Assembly (NCBI GenBank): GCA_951406725.2
Contig: OX597832.1
Coordinates: 24,986,001-25,050,000, forward strand
Source of the DNA: Octopus vulgaris
Lineage: Eukaryota
Length of the DNA: 64,000 nt
Reading direction: 5' to 3'
Below are positions 1 through 14,650 of the stretch, piece by piece. The notes under the pieces were generated by a model. The model was given only the letters and a program-made list of their open reading frames with translations, had not been told where the DNA came from and made no database searches. The first letter of the stretch is position 1; every line of letters begins with the position of its first letter. Made by a program: the position numbers and the translations under genes.

Positions 1-410
1 CACAGAAACCCAAATGAACTAGCATACACACGCACACACAGGTGTTTGGGCACACACACACACACACACACATACACTCACATACATTCATGCATAAATA
101 CATACATATTACATACATACACATATACATTCAATGATTGATTAGTTGCTAAACATCACATTGATACTGGACAATAAGTTCAAGAATAAGCGGGAGAACC
201 TCACACCCAAATGCAAACACACGCGCACACGCACACACGCACCCCTCACACACACACATGCAAACACATACTCCATGATATAGTGGGAGTAATGAGAGGG
301 GAACTTAAGAGATATACAGGCTGGTGCTATAAAGATAAACAGCCAAAACGATGGTTTTAAGAGTTGACAAAGATCTAGGAAGATAGATAGGTGAATAGAT
401 AGGTAGGTAG

Positions 411-1050
<640 letters not shown>

Positions 1051-1568
1051 GAATAACGGATAGCATGGAAAATGGTGTCAGAGAGCACGGGTGCATATAA
1101 CTCAGGGAATTAGGAGGAGAAAGACAATAAGTGCTTTTACGATCAGAAATTCTGTTTCGAACTTTTATACTATGTAACAAATGTAGAAGTTCTTTGCTTC
1201 CATATCTTAGTTGTTGTTGCTGTTGTTGTTGTTGCTCTGTGTAAACCAATTAACTTTTTATTAAATAAATAAATATTACAGATTAAAATGTTCGCTTAAT
1301 AACATTGTTTAAACGGTCGAAAAAAAATGAATAGAAAATTAGTAAAATTCACTATCTAAAATTTCATATTCCCATTATGTTTGTATTATAATAATTGTTA
1401 TGCGTCTTTTCTGCTTTATTTTTTAAGTAATTTATGCTTAAAATTCAATATTTTAAATTACTTTTTGTTCAATTTTTTTTTTTTTGTTTTCTTGCTGACG
1501 CTTGGTATCATTGTTGCATGGATTGTATTTTCCTGATTTTTATATTCTTCATTTGCTTAAGAAATTTA

Positions 1569-1703
1569 TTTCTTTGTTTTACCATTTTTGTTAGTATGTT
1601 TTTCTTTGTTTTACCATTTTTGTTAGTATGTTTTTCTTTGTTTTACCATTTTTGTTCGTATGTTTTTCTTTGTTTTACCATTTTTGTTAGTATGTTTTTC
1701 TTT
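1569..1703. repeat. ~33-bp minisatellite, ~4 copies
   Basis: Unit tttctttgttttaccatttttgttagtatgtt(t) repeated in tandem. Confidence 0.9.
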
Positions 1704-2430
1704 CGTTCTACCGATCGTTAGGGTTTCCAGATTGTATTTATAAGCAATTTACCATACGTTAAGCATTCCTGAAGGTTACAAGAGTTCCATTCATTAGAAT
1801 TCCACAATAAACAAAAAGCCTCAATGCATTTCGTTTCGTCAAATTACTCTCTCTCTCCAGTTTTAAATCCCACCGGCTTTCCTTGCTTTCACTCGTGCAT
1901 CTCAAAGGTATTCGATCAAATAAGTAATTAGATGTAATACTACTGCCCGGATTCATGTATAATAGTGATGGCTGTGTAGGTGTTGGCAGTGGTAGTGATG
2001 GTGGCGACGGAGCTGGAGATAGTGGCGTTAGTGATGGTGGTGTTGGTGATGGTGGTGCTGGCGATGACGATGTTGGTGGTGGTGGTGGTGGAAAACACAT
2101 ATACAATGATATACATATGTACATACATATATGTCGATATACGAATGCTCACACACACACACACACACAAACTCACGCATACACATATATATATAAGCAC
2201 ACACACCCACGCACTCGCAAACACACACACACACACACACATACATATCAAAGAAGACCACGAGTGGAATTTAAGGTACAGAACAGCTGTTTCAGGAACA
2301 TTTTATTGCCGCATCCTTACATTACATCATGGCAAATATCCGCCATCCTCAATTAAATTTTAAACATATAACCACGCACAGAAAGAAATAGATGTCCAGC
2401 TCACCAACGGCCATGGGGGGAGCAAGTGAA

Positions 2431-2580
2431 ATTTTGAGAAGTACATTAGAATTTGTAGAAAAATGGGGTCAGATACACGGAGAGCAACTAGTTCAAATCT
2501 CCCTTATTTTGAGAAGTGCATTAGAATTTGCAGAGAAATGGGGTCAGATACACGGAGAGCAACTAGTTCAAATCTACCCT
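2431..2580. repeat. 75-bp tandem duplication
   Basis: attttgagaagt(a/g)cattagaatttg(t/c)aga...ggagagcaactagttcaaatct occurs at 2431 and 2506. Confidence 0.92.
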
Positions 2581-3180
2581 ATTTTTCAAGATCCTATCTT
2601 AATTAGTTTTATCCCTGGCCAGAAATTAGGTATCATGCATGATCGTATGAAATAAAAATGAAAGGAAAATAGAGAGAAACGATGTGCTCAAGACGTTCGT
2701 ATTGAGAAACACTATTTAAAAGGTTAGGAGAAACGAGCGGCAATGATTAAACGATACTTTCTTTCAGATTAGTGGTTGTTGTATAACCTGAAGCCTGCTT
2801 CCCAAACACATGGTTTCGGATTCAGTCCCACTGAGTGGCAACTAGGGCAAGTGTATTTTACTATATTCACGGGCCTTGTGAGTGGATTTGGTGGACGGAA
2901 ACAGAAAGAAGCCCGTCGTATAAATGAATATATGTATAAAACTAAGGAAAAAATAGATGTGGTACATCATGAACACATTTATCGAGAAAGAGTGGCAGAC
3001 AATTAATTGAAACTTTGGAAACCTATATCAAAATTACAATACGTGCATGGAAAAATTTTATCGAAGCACTCGCTGCGTGCGTGTGTATTTTAGAACATAT
3101 CTAACTGTGTATAGATACATGTGTATCTATGTATCTATCTATCAATCAATCTATCTATCTATATAGTATATATACATTAC

Positions 3181-3567
3181 ATAAATAGTATTTTATAAAC
3201 AAACCCGGAGCGCTTTGTAAGTGGCGGAGAGAAAGCTACTATGGAAGGCTCATAGTATAATAACTGTATGTAATATACATCATAATGATATTCTCCGATT
3301 TGAAGCGACAATTTTAAAATATAAATAAATGACTGAAAAGTGATGAGATAACCACAGCCAGAATCGAACTCACAAATCGACGCTTTTATGGCTCCTTGCA
3401 AATCTGATTTGCCAAACTTCTCACGCATCAATTTCAGTCAAATTTAGGTATTATACACTTAAACTGTCGAGATACTGCATAAATAATATTTTTGCAAACA
3501 AACCCGAAAGACTTTGCGAGTTACGGGGAGAAAGCTACAATGGAAGGCTCATAGTATAATAACTGTA
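3181..3567. repeat. ~88-bp direct repeat pair, ~298 bp apart
   Basis: aaacaaaccc...gagaaagctac(t/a)atggaaggctcatagtataataactgta at 3181-3268 and 3479-3567. Confidence 0.85.
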
Positions 3568-3589
3568 CATATACATATAAAATAGAAAG

Positions 3590-4075
3590 GTGTGGCGGCT
3601 AGTGATCTGTCATGGCGAATGCCAGACAGAGATCACACAGGAGAGCTATGAAGAAAGAGAGATAAGTAGTAGCGATCCCAAAACGAAGGTGCGCGTGCGT
3701 GTATGTGAGAAAGTTTATGTTCATGCGGAAGGTGGCTGGTGACCTTGACGTATGTGTGTGTGCATGTGTAGGTGTGTGTTTTGTGTGCGCTGGTGTGGGT
3801 GCTGCGACGCGGTCAGTGCTAGTATGTGCGGAGAGGTGTGGTGGTGTGTAGTATGGTGGTGTGGTGGTGTTGGTGTGTGGAGGAGGTGAGAGTGGGGGAA
3901 GCAAGGGTGGGGTCTAAGGGAGACGGTGGGTGTGTGATGGGATGTACAGGGATGATGGGGTTGAAACGTGTAGGGATGAGGTAACGAGCAAGGGGGTGAC
4001 GATGATGCGAGAGGGTGGAAGGGAGAAGGTGGGTAGGAGTGAAGTGAGGAAGTAGGTGTCAGAGCAAGTTGTGTA
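3590..4075 (-). mobile_element. Putative Penelope-like element UTR/pLTR fragment
   Basis: Start gtgtggcggctagtgatctgtcatggcg matches the distal end of the hammerhead-bearing element at ~8280-8307 (gtgtgtagtggctaccgatctatcatggcg), then continues as G/T-rich sequence. Confidence 0.45.
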
Positions 4076-4271
4076 TGTAGAAATCCTATTGTTATATACA
4101 AACAGTTGTGTTATTTGGACGACTGAGCATTTGACAAAAACAAGTACAATGCTGTAATTTTTGACATGTTATATGTGTAATCTGTCCTGTTGCAGTTTTT
4201 GTTTGTTGTTTGTTGATTGTATTGTTTGTTGTTTGTATTGCACAGATTTAAATTTAATATGTAAATAAAGT

Positions 4272-4339
<68 letters not shown>

Positions 4340-5101
4340 ATAAGTGAGACTTTATATATATATATATATATATTTGTGTGTATATGTACTTATAAATATG
4401 TCTTGTATGGCCCTATGTGTGTATACACACACACACGCACGCTCATCTACGAATACACGTACGTTGAATCTACGTTGTTGATATTTTTTTTCTCCTTCTT
4501 TCCAGAGATTCAATTTTTTCAACATGTTCTATTGAGTTACGATTTACGATGCAACAAGACAGCCGAATGCCAACAAACACACACACACATACATATATAC
4601 ATACATATATATGTGTATGTATGTATGTATGTATCCATGTATGTATGTATGTATGCATGTATGTGTGTTTGTATGTATGTGTTTATGACATACTGCTCGT
4701 AAATACATATGTTATATGTTTGTGTGTGTGTAGGTATTGTTAAAACAATATTGAATATGACGCCTGACAACAAAATAGTTATGCAGCTGGGTTACTAGCA
4801 AGACCATAATTAATTTTTGAGTAGTGAACCAGACGAAGCCTGTCTAGGAGAGCCGAATCGGTCTGGCGTAGATTTATTGAGTTCACTTCTATAACGAACT
4901 CGATTAGCATTACGTACAATTAGCATTACGAACATTTATGGCGGCCAGATATAGAAACATACTTCTGTTCATGTAAACGATTACGCACCCTAATATTACA
5001 TAAGAATAAAGCCAATTCTCATGCAAGTGCACGTGTGTGTCTGTGTGTCCGTGTATGGTTGATTTTTATATTTCATACATCTGTTTGTATGTCTCTGTAT
5101 G

Positions 5102-5170
<69 letters not shown>

Positions 5171-5215
5171 GTTAATATATATATATGTGTGTATATATAT
5201 ATGTATGTATATATA

Positions 5216-5258
<43 letters not shown>

Positions 5259-5364
5259 ACATATATATATATGTGTATATATATGTGTATATATATATAT
5301 AAATATACATATATATATATATATGTATATATATAGATAGATATATATGTATATACATATATAT

Positions 5365-5423
<59 letters not shown>

Positions 5424-5535
5424 TATACATATGTATACATACACACAAACAAACATACATACATACATACATACATACATACATACATACATACATACAT
5501 ACATACATACATAAATACATATACATATATATATA

Positions 5536-5695
5536 TACGGGGTGGCATAATATTGTTTCCGGGCTACTTATGCTTAATAAAAAATAATGTATTTAGCTAA
5601 GTCTTAACATCATGTCCTTCGAAATAGTCCCTTAGCGTAACAATATACCATTCCCATCATTCCTACAACTCTGGAAATTCACCAGAAGCAATAAA
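5536..5695 (-). mobile_element. mariner-type transposon 3' end remnant
   Basis: Minus strand reads EFPEL*E*WEWYIVTLRDYFEGHD, like the mariner C-terminus (RWExCIxxxGDYFEG). Terminus tacggggtg in a TA tract is TIR-like. Confidence 0.55.
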
Positions 5696-5856
5696 TTACA
5701 GGACAAACCAATTTAGAATATTATTTAATGCGTAATAATGATAATAGGAAGGCTATGATTTAAAATTTTCAGAGTTGTTCGTTTCCGATCTTCACTGGTA
5801 AAAGAAGACATCTTTTCCTTTAAAAAAAAAAACGGTTTATTCTTTTATTCTTTTAT

Positions 5857-6060
5857 TCTTTTACTTGTTTCAATCATTTAAGTGTGCCCATGCTGGAGCA
5901 CCGCCTGACAGCGGTTTAGTGGAAGAAAATGACACCGGTACTTATTTTTTTGTAAGCCTATTACTTATTCTATCGGTGTCTTTTGAGGAACTGCTAATTG
6001 GCGGAGACGTAAACAAACGAAGATCGGCTGTCAAGTGATGGTGGTGGCACAAACACATAC
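5857..6060 (-). mobile_element. SINE-A, degenerate 3' part
   Basis: ttttacttgtttcaatcattt...ccatgctggagcaccgcc...gtaagccta...acttattctatcgg, homologous to 6092-6472. Confidence 0.8.
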
Positions 6061-6091
6061 ACACGCATATATATATATATATATATTTTTT

Positions 6092-6472
6092 TTTTACTTG
6101 TTTCAGTCATTTGACTGTGGCCATGCTGGAGCACCGCCTTTAGTCGAGCAATTCTTTGTAAGCCTAGTACTTATTCTATCGGTCTCTTTTGCCGAACCGC
6201 TAAGTGACGGGGACATAAACGCACCAGCATCGGTTGTCAAGCAATGCTAGGGGGTCAAACGCAGACACAAACATACACGCACACACACACATATATATAT
6301 ACATATATACGACGGGCTTCTTTCAGTTTCCGTCTACCAAATCCACTCACAAGGCATTGGTCGGTCCGAGGCTATAGTAGAAGACACTTGCCCAAGGTGC
6401 CACGCTGTGGGACTGAACCCGGAACCATGTGTTTGGTAAGCAAACTACTTACCACACAGTCACTCTTGCGCC
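6092..6472 (-). mobile_element. SINE-A, full-length tRNA-derived SINE
   Basis: Minus strand head ggcgcaagagtgactgtgtggtaag (A box) ... gggttcagtccc (B box), then accttgggcaagtgtctt (CORE-like), an internal CA/TA tract and tail ...tgactgaaacaagtaaaa. More than 12 homologous segments in the window. Confidence 0.93.
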
Positions 6473-6784
6473 TATATATATGTATATATAAATGGATAAA
6501 TGGGACAAGAACGCAAAACATACGGACAGTTAGGTGATACAATTTCCAGAGTCTCGATGACTCGAACAATTGAACGACTTTCTGATCCCCCAAAAGCACT
6601 CTGAAAAAAACCCCAACCAAATACATTAGAAAGGAGAAACAAATGGGTCTAATCTGTTGAAAGCTAATAAAATAACAAAGTAAATAGGCGAGGCACAGGC
6701 ATGTGTGGTAAGAAGTTTGTTTCCAAACTACATGGTTCCAGGTTTAATACCTCTGTGTGGCACCTATATATATAAGTAGGTGAA

Positions 6785-7118
6785 GGCGCATGGCTCAGTG
6801 GTTAGAGCGTCGAGCTCACGATCGTGAGGTTGTGAGTTCGAATCCCGTACCGGTATGCGTGTTGTGTTCTTGAGCAAGACGCTTTATTTCAGGTTACTCC
6901 AGTTCACTCAGCTGTAGAAATGAGTTGTGACGTCACTAGTGCCAAGCTGTATCGGCCTCTTTGCTTTTCGCTTGGATAACACAAGTAGCCTGGAGATGGG
7001 AGGCCAGTATGCATGGGCGACTGTTGGTCTTCCATAAAACAACCTTGCGCGGACTTGCGCCTGGGAGGGTAACTTTCTAGGTGCAATCCCACGGTCAGTC
7101 ATCACCGAAGGGGGTCTC
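6785..7118 (+). mobile_element. SINE-D, tRNA-derived CORE-type SINE
   Basis: Head tggctcagtggttagagc (A box) and gagttcgaatccc (B box), then gttgtgttcttgagcaagac...ctccagttcactcagctg (CORE-like) and a unique tail. Confidence 0.85.
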
Positions 7119-7534
7119 AGCATAAATACGTATATGTGCATAATATATGCTCGTGTACATATGTGCGTATGTTTGTTCGTATGTAAATATAAATGTTGAT
7201 ATGTATGCTTGCGTGGCTAATGAGACACGTACGCAGATACATATCTCCCAAAGCCTCATATAAGAGACATTAGCGTTGACATCCTCTGTAATAAAATATA
7301 TGAGCAGAAGTTATAAAAGAACGGAACAGACTTTAGATTACGTAGTTTCCATTAATACATTTGGGAATCGCATTAGAGCGATAGATATCACTTTGAGATA
7401 TCTGTTGACTTGCATAATATATATATACAGCAACAAAGGGAAAACTAAGTCGTGCTATATTTCACACTTTACTTTATATCACTACGTATTTGAATATAAT
7501 CTATATATACATGTGTGTGTGTTTGTGTGTTTGT

Positions 7535-7678
7535 GTGTGTGATAAGAAGTTTCCTTATCAATATGGTTACGGATTCAGTCCCACTGCGTGCCACCTTGTG
7601 CAAGTGTCTTCTGCTATAGCCTCGGGAAAACCAGAGCCTTGTGAGTGGATTTGGTAGACGGAAACTGAAAGAAGCCTC
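7535..7678 (+). mobile_element. SINE-A 5' half
   Basis: ttcagtcccactgcgtgccaccttgtgcaagtgtctt...gtgagtggatttggtagacggaaactgaaagaagcc. Confidence 0.85.
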
Positions 7679-7700
7679 ATCTCTTATATATATATATATA

Positions 7701-7802
7701 TACGAGGGATGTATGAAAAGTTTTGAACCTTCAAGGCCTTTAAGCCTTGTACCTTCATCAGTTTTGTTTTTTAGGCTCAAGTCTTTTCATACATCTCTCG
7801 TA
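7701..7802. mobile_element. ~100-bp mariner-derived MITE
   Basis: TIRs tacgagggatgtatgaaaag ... cttttcatacatctctcgta with TA on both flanks. Confidence 0.8.
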
Positions 7803-7851
7803 TATATAAACCAATACAAACGATATATATATATATATATATATATATATG

Positions 7852-7963
7852 GAAGAGCGTAGGCTCAAAACGTAAAAGACTTTCAATTCCTGGGCTTTAT
7901 ACTAATACATCTGTTTGTTTTGTACACCATCTGTCTTCGTCTTTTGTTTTCTTCGTGAACTCT

Positions 7964-7997
<34 letters not shown>

Positions 7998-8061
7998 TTT
8001 GTATTGGTTTATATATACGAGGGATGTATGAAAAGACTCTCCTATATATATAAAAAACTCT

Positions 8062-8112
<51 letters not shown>

Positions 8113-8305
8113 GGAGAGTTCACAAAGAAAACAAAAGACGAAGACAGATGGTGTACAAAACAAACAGATGTATTAGTATAACGCCCAGGAATTGAAAGTC
8201 TTTTACGTTTTGAGCCTACGCTCTTCTACAGAAAGGGACATAGAAATATAAGGAGAGAAACAAGGAGAGAAAAAAATGTGTGTAGTGGCTACCGATCTAT
8301 CATGG

Positions 8306-8307
<2 letters not shown>
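7852..8307. mobile_element. Inverted pair of PLE-type terminal fragments with a variant hammerhead
   Basis: 7852-7967 (+) is the reverse complement of 8112-8226. Minus strand at ~8190-8236 reads cttt-CTGTAGA-agagcgtaggctc-AAAA-cgta-aaag. Confidence 0.75.
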
Positions 8308-8374
<67 letters not shown>

Positions 8375-9242
8375 TGTATGTATATGTGTGTGTGTGATTA
8401 TGTGTCTGTGTTTACTCCACCAAAGCTTGACAATCGGTGTTGGTGTGTTTACCTACCCGTAACTTAGCGGTTCGGCCGATGTTGACTTTTCCTTTCATTC
8501 TTTCAGCGTCAATTAAGTACCGGTTGCGTACTGGGGTCAATCTAATCAATTGGCCCCCTCCCTCAAAATTTCGAGCCGTTAGCACGCCGAGCAAAATACT
8601 CATATGTTTTCGTTCGCATATGTTCTGGAACTCTATTCATATTCGAAACAAGAAATACGTCCTCCTTTTGCATTGCTATATCATTTTTATCGTTCGTTCA
8701 AACCACTACATTTGTAGTTCGTCGCTCATAAAATGAGCGACTATATTTGATCGCGATCTCATCCTGAATCCATGACCATAGTCAAAAAACCTGCGCTAGT
8801 TAGCGCTGAAGGACAGACCGACACTTATGTTATGTTCTTATGTTGCATCGGACCCAGTCACGTTAACACTCAGCTTCCGAAATTGGAAGCAACAAATAAT
8901 TTCATTCTTAAAATGAATAAATTATAACTCGTTTTAAATCATTTCCGTGGTGAAAACATGGCGAACGCAATTTAATAATAAAAGAAGCACCAAAACGATA
9001 TAGTCCCTCAGTAGGATTAAATACGTGTCTATTAAGTTTATTGGTTATTATCATTCCATGTACGCGTTTCTTGAAAAGAAGGCTGCGTTTGTGTCTTTGT
9101 TAGGGTGTGTGTATATAAGTGTGTATAAGTGTTGTACGAAGAGGGGAAGAAGAAAGCATTGCTTCATGATTTCCTGTAACTATTTCACCTTCAAATATTC
9201 TATCCGCCATCTTTCCATCATTCTCTTTCTCATTCTGTGTGT

Positions 9243-9279
<37 letters not shown>

Positions 9280-9298
9280 TACACATATATATGAATAC

Positions 9299-9329
<31 letters not shown>

Positions 9330-9489
9330 TATGAATACATATATATATATATATATATTATATACGCATGACCACAAAATATGCAATTTATAACAATTTG
9401 TATATGCATATGTCTACCTATCTACCTAACTACCTACCTAGCTACGTACTTACCTACATACGTAGCTAGCTACTTAGTTACCTAGCAAC

Positions 9490-9564
<75 letters not shown>

Positions 9565-9794
9565 CTTCTGCATCTATTTATACATCTATCCATCGATTTA
9601 TATATATATTTGTGTATATATGTATATACATATATATGTATATATGTATATATATATATATGTATATATATTTATATGTATATATGTATATATATATATA
9701 TACATTTATATATATATATATATATATTTACATATACATCATAGCCACACACGCACATACACGCATACACAAACACACACACATACACACACAT

Positions 9795-9825
<31 letters not shown>

Positions 9826-9883
9826 CACATAACACCCATACGCATATATGTATGTATACATTATGTGTGTATATATGTATATA

Positions 9884-9964
<81 letters not shown>

Positions 9965-10629
9965 ATATATATGTGTGTGTGTATATATACACACATCTGG
10001 CGTGCAAGAGTGAAGATTTTATGTTTAACGATGAGTATCGCTTACAATATTTATGCGTCTGCCTCGTCAGATCTCTCTAGGTGTTCACATGTAGCCTTAA
10101 CAATTCACGCCACTTGTAGAGATGCTAAACAAGAGACGATAACTTCTGTCGAAGTGTAAACACGAACATGAGTATCTTCAAAAGATATCTCAATCACAAA
10201 ACTAATAATAACCTAGGAAAACCAGGTAACACCTTCAGGTGCGTTAATTCAGTATCTCATCAAAACAAACAAATGCTAATTTATGAAACAAACGAAAGTG
10301 TTTCTACGTCGTTGTTATATTTCCCGGAGATAGCAACCGAATGATACCGAAATAATATACTAGGCTCTTGAAAGTGTTATCTTCATGAAATAGATAAGAG
10401 AATGCAGTGTTTAGACAGAAGTTACCCGCTGAAAAGAAAAAGGAAAGGCAAGTATGAGATGTTCAAACACTGACATGCATTATGATTATACAACTAATAG
10501 TGGATACTGAAGTGGAGTTAAGCAGTAACATCAACTACATCGACGTTGTCGTCTTTTTTTTTATCTTCTTCTTTTTCTGCTCATCATCATCATCATCATC
10601 ATCAATCTTGTATATATATATATATGATA

Positions 10630-10691
<62 letters not shown>

Positions 10692-11779
10692 ATCCGTATA
10701 TATATACACGTATTCACATACACATATATGTATGTATTTGTCGGGGTGTTTACGTCCCCGTAACCCTGCAGTTGGGCAAAAGAGACCCATGGGCAAAAGA
10801 GAATATGTACCCGACCGAAAAAGACAAAAACAAAACTAGTACTGGTGTTGATTGGTTCGACCAAAATTCTTAAAGGTGGTGTCCCATCATTGCATGGCAA
10901 CAGTCGAATGAAGAAGAAAACGAAAATGGTAAAAAAAAATGTCCACATGAATGTTTGTGTTGTCAAAGAGTTAACTACGCAACTTGGTTGCTATCGTTTC
11001 CATCTCATCGTACAAATCGTTTAAGTAAATGTCATGGGCGACTTTGGTTTAGCTTGTAGAATGTGCCTATTATACTAATTAAAGAGTTTAGCTTTGTTTA
11101 TTTCGTTTGACGCATATTTTAATGAATAATCGTTTATCGAACGTCCTTTCCTCTCTCTGTGTGTGTTCGTGCACGCGGATCATTATGTTGTGGTCAAGAT
11201 TTGCTTCCATTGTTTTTTAAGTTATATTTTGCGTGTTGACCATCTGGGTTCATATGTTTCTTCAATCGTGTGAATGACATAATTAAAAAAATTTTTCCTA
11301 AATTCCTTGGAATTTTGTTTCAGTGAGTATTGAGAAATCCTTAATGAGATTGGTTTCAGTTTGTATAGATTATTGATGTCTTTCATATAAATTAAATACT
11401 TTTTGTTTGTCACTGAAGAGCATGTATACTTAGTTATAAATTATAGGACTCCCGATGTATATTATACGCATGCGTGACTCTATATGTGAGATATTTTGGT
11501 CAGAGCTTCATTGTTTACCGTGTGTGTTGTTCACCGTTTTTGCTTATGTACATGTGGAGTATATATATTGGCAAAACCTTCTTTGTTGTTTGCATATACT
11601 TAAAAGTCATACATGTGGGTTTAATTTGAGTAGTTTGTTTGTAGTTTGATGCGTATAGGTGCAATAATTCTTTCGCATTTATCCCGTATGTGTCTTCGTG
11701 GGTCACGTGAACGTGAAGCTTCTTCTCTCATTTAACCTTAGGAGTTTTTAATGAAGTTGTGTGTGGCGTGAAAGATTTT

Positions 11780-12130
11780 ACTTGATCCGTGCAGAAGTGT
11801 TTTGCGTGATTATGTGGGCTTTATCTGCAGTGCAGAGAGTACATATTTTCGAACAATTTATGCATAATAGTGCACAGTCTATCATTTCCAATTTATATTA
11901 TAAGTCATGTGGTTATCTTTTAACACCCAGTTGTGCGTCGGCAGTGATTTTGAGCGTCTTTCGCATACATTTTAATGTGTATGTGCGTATATATCTGTTT
12001 GACGTATATAACTATATTTGAATGGTCCATTAGTAATGCCAATTATCTTACTTTCAGTTTTTATCTTGGGAATAATAGTCGATTCTATTTTGTTTCTTTG
12101 CTTATGTAGCAGACTATACATTCGAGATCT
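11780..12130 (-). mobile_element. Decayed Penelope-like GIY-YIG endonuclease remnant
   Basis: Minus-strand pieces across frameshifts read IIGITNGPFKYSY (YIG motif), WVLKDNHMTYN and NCSKICTLCTADKAHII, resembling PLE YIGxTxxxFKxRY...WxLKD...CxLCxxEK. Confidence 0.55.
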
Positions 12131-13494
12131 GATAAGTATGCTTTAAGAGTCCCAACCATTAATACATCGAAACTTTCATTTCCATAATTCTTAAAGCATC
12201 AGAAAAAAATCATGAAATAATAACGAATTACTTTCAATCTTTATTACACCAATACATTATTTTATATGGTGGTGTACACCTTGCTGAATTCTTAGTTGAA
12301 ATGCAATAATTCTAATGATGAATTTTTAAAAATGGTTCCTTCGCTTATTGTTTATTTTAAATATATTCTCTTCCTATATATTCTGCATCGTCCTATCCAC
12401 GAATAAATAAAATGTACGGAATTGATTCTACAACCCGTTTTTAATACTTCAGTAAATGCATTTGACTACATATACGTTATGAAGGGCTCTTGACAAACGT
12501 ATTTTTCAACTAATTTTCCTCTTCCACACTTCTCTAAAATATAGAACTTTCGAGTCGAATTAAAAGCAATGTTTTGTTATGTGTGCATAAAACATCCATT
12601 ATTATTAGCGAGGGATAGTGGCTTGGTTCTGGCCATACTTGATCTGAATGTATTCATATACTCTAATGCATTCAAATTATGAGCGTCCAATTTGAGATTT
12701 TCGGACATAGAAGTATTTTACCCAATGTGTCAAGATTTCATTAAGATGATAAAATATAAGGTTAAGGGAGCTTTTGCTGCTATTTCTAAAATGAAAATGC
12801 TTAGAATCACTCCCCCCGATTCGTCCTTGTTAAAATTTCATTAATGTAAGTAAAAAGATGTAGAAAGTACTTTTAGCACGCCGAGAAATATGTATCAAAA
12901 TGCGAACACTCATTAATATCGAACACTTGAATGATCGATATCTATACAGCATGAAAATGCATTTTCCGTCATTGATATTTCTTATTTTTTAAAAATCCAA
13001 GTCCGTCACCTATCTCTGAAAATATAGTTTACACAGAATATTGATTAAATTTGTTGCACAGTAAAAGATGGTCTTCCTATAGATATAGCGAATTTACAAC
13101 GAAATTGAAAATATTTCAGCTGTTAATCTGTCTGAGTGATGAGCTTCGGGACATATGCTTTTCTCTAGTCTTTACTTAATATCGTTTCCTTATTTCGTGA
13201 TATCAGGTGACGTCTTACGTGTTTTAGTATAGAAATCTCTTCAGTACAGGCCAATTACCGCAATAGACGTCATTCAGTACAGAAAATCTAGTGCAATATG
13301 TATTTTATCTTTTATTTGTTTCTGTCATTAGACTATGGCCATGCTGGAGCATCGCCTTCAATATGTTTATTCGAAGAGGCAAATAATTTCATTTGATTTC
13401 CAACGTTCACTGTTCAAATTCAAATGTTTTGGACAAAGTACGGCAAACTATAAGGCTTCAAACAAACTGGTTCGCATTATTTGGTTAAAACTAA

Positions 13495-13767
13495 GGCGGT
13501 AAGTTCGTAGAATTGTTTGCACGTCGAGCGAAATGCTTAGCGGTATTTCGTCGAGGTCCACTTTGCCTTTCATCCTTTCGGGATCGATAAATTAAGTACC
13601 AGTTACGCACTGGGGTCGATATAATCGACTTAATCCGTTTGTCTGTCCTTATTTGTCCCCTCTGTGTTTAGCCCCTTGTGAGTAGTAAAGAAATAGGTAT
13701 TTCGTCCATCTTCAGGTTCTGGGTTCAAATTCCGCCGAGGTCGACTTTGCTTTTCATCCTTTCGGAA
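13495..13767 (+). mobile_element. SINE-B plus partial second unit
   Basis: aaggcggtaag...gcgaaatgcttagcggtatttcg...ctttgcctttcatcctttcggga...gccccttgtgagtagtaaagaaataggtatttcgtc. Confidence 0.88.
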
Positions 13768-14414
13768 TATATATACAGGTATATACATGCGTATGTATAT
13801 GTGTGCATGTGCATGTATGCATACATGTAGTGTATACTTATATCTCTTTCTAGGTTTCAAACAACATGGACCAACAGATACCTGTGCAACATCTGTTAGT
13901 CTGACCGTTTGTCTGTTTGTCTGTCTGTCTGTCTGTCTCTTTCTCTCTCCCTCACAAACACACACGCTCTCTCGCTTTCTTTCTCCCTCCCGCTCTCTCC
14001 CCTCCCCTTTCACCTCTCGCCGCTGATAATGTCATCCGAACACAAGGCAAATGGTGTGACAATAATTGCCAAAAGTAGGAGCTGAAATTCGTGAGACTCC
14101 TTTAACACAACCTGAAGATTCGTTCACCTTACAACACATTAACAACACATCCGAGATCCATGCATTTGCTTTCTTGTTTAGAATTCCCCTCCATTGTCAC
14201 ATATTTTTGTAACGTCCCTATATACCACACAGTTGTGTTTCTAAAACCGACGTTGTTATTCATCACACGATATTACAGTTATCACTTAACCTACGAACGG
14301 CGCAATTGATGCTTTGTACTTTTCACGACGATGTATTTAATATATTTTATTGCGTTTTTCCTAATTAATTATTGAAGGTATTGCGAGCTTGCTTCAACCA
14401 TTATTCCAGCATCT

Positions 14415-14486
14415 CAAATAACAACAATAATAATAATAATAATAATAATGATGATAATAATAATAATAATAATAACAATAATAATG

Positions 14487-14553
<67 letters not shown>

Positions 14554-14602
14554 CAACAATAATCATAATCATAATAATAATCATAATCATAATAATAATA
14601 AC

Positions 14603-14644
<42 letters not shown>

Positions 14645-14650
14645 TATAAT
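14415..14650. repeat. (AAT)n microsatellite
   Basis: Direct reading. Confidence 0.97.

Noticed and set aside
280-400. Possible RLE-LINE C-terminus (LRDIQAGAIK) before the (GATA)n tract
   Set aside because: Too short, and needs frameshifts to fit.
4825-4870. Hammerhead-like ccagacgaagcctgtctaggagagccgaatcggtctgg
   Set aside because: Both core boxes are mutated and stem II is imperfect; cannot be supported without a family consensus.
6785-6855. tRNA gene (also at 26624, 29110 and 44986)
   Set aside because: A and B boxes are present but there is no proper acceptor stem, and each continues into a SINE body; two have clear TSDs.
11410-11490. ctgaagagcatg...catgcgtgac hammerhead-like motif
   Set aside because: Lacks GAAA and lies antisense to the neighbouring PLE remnant.
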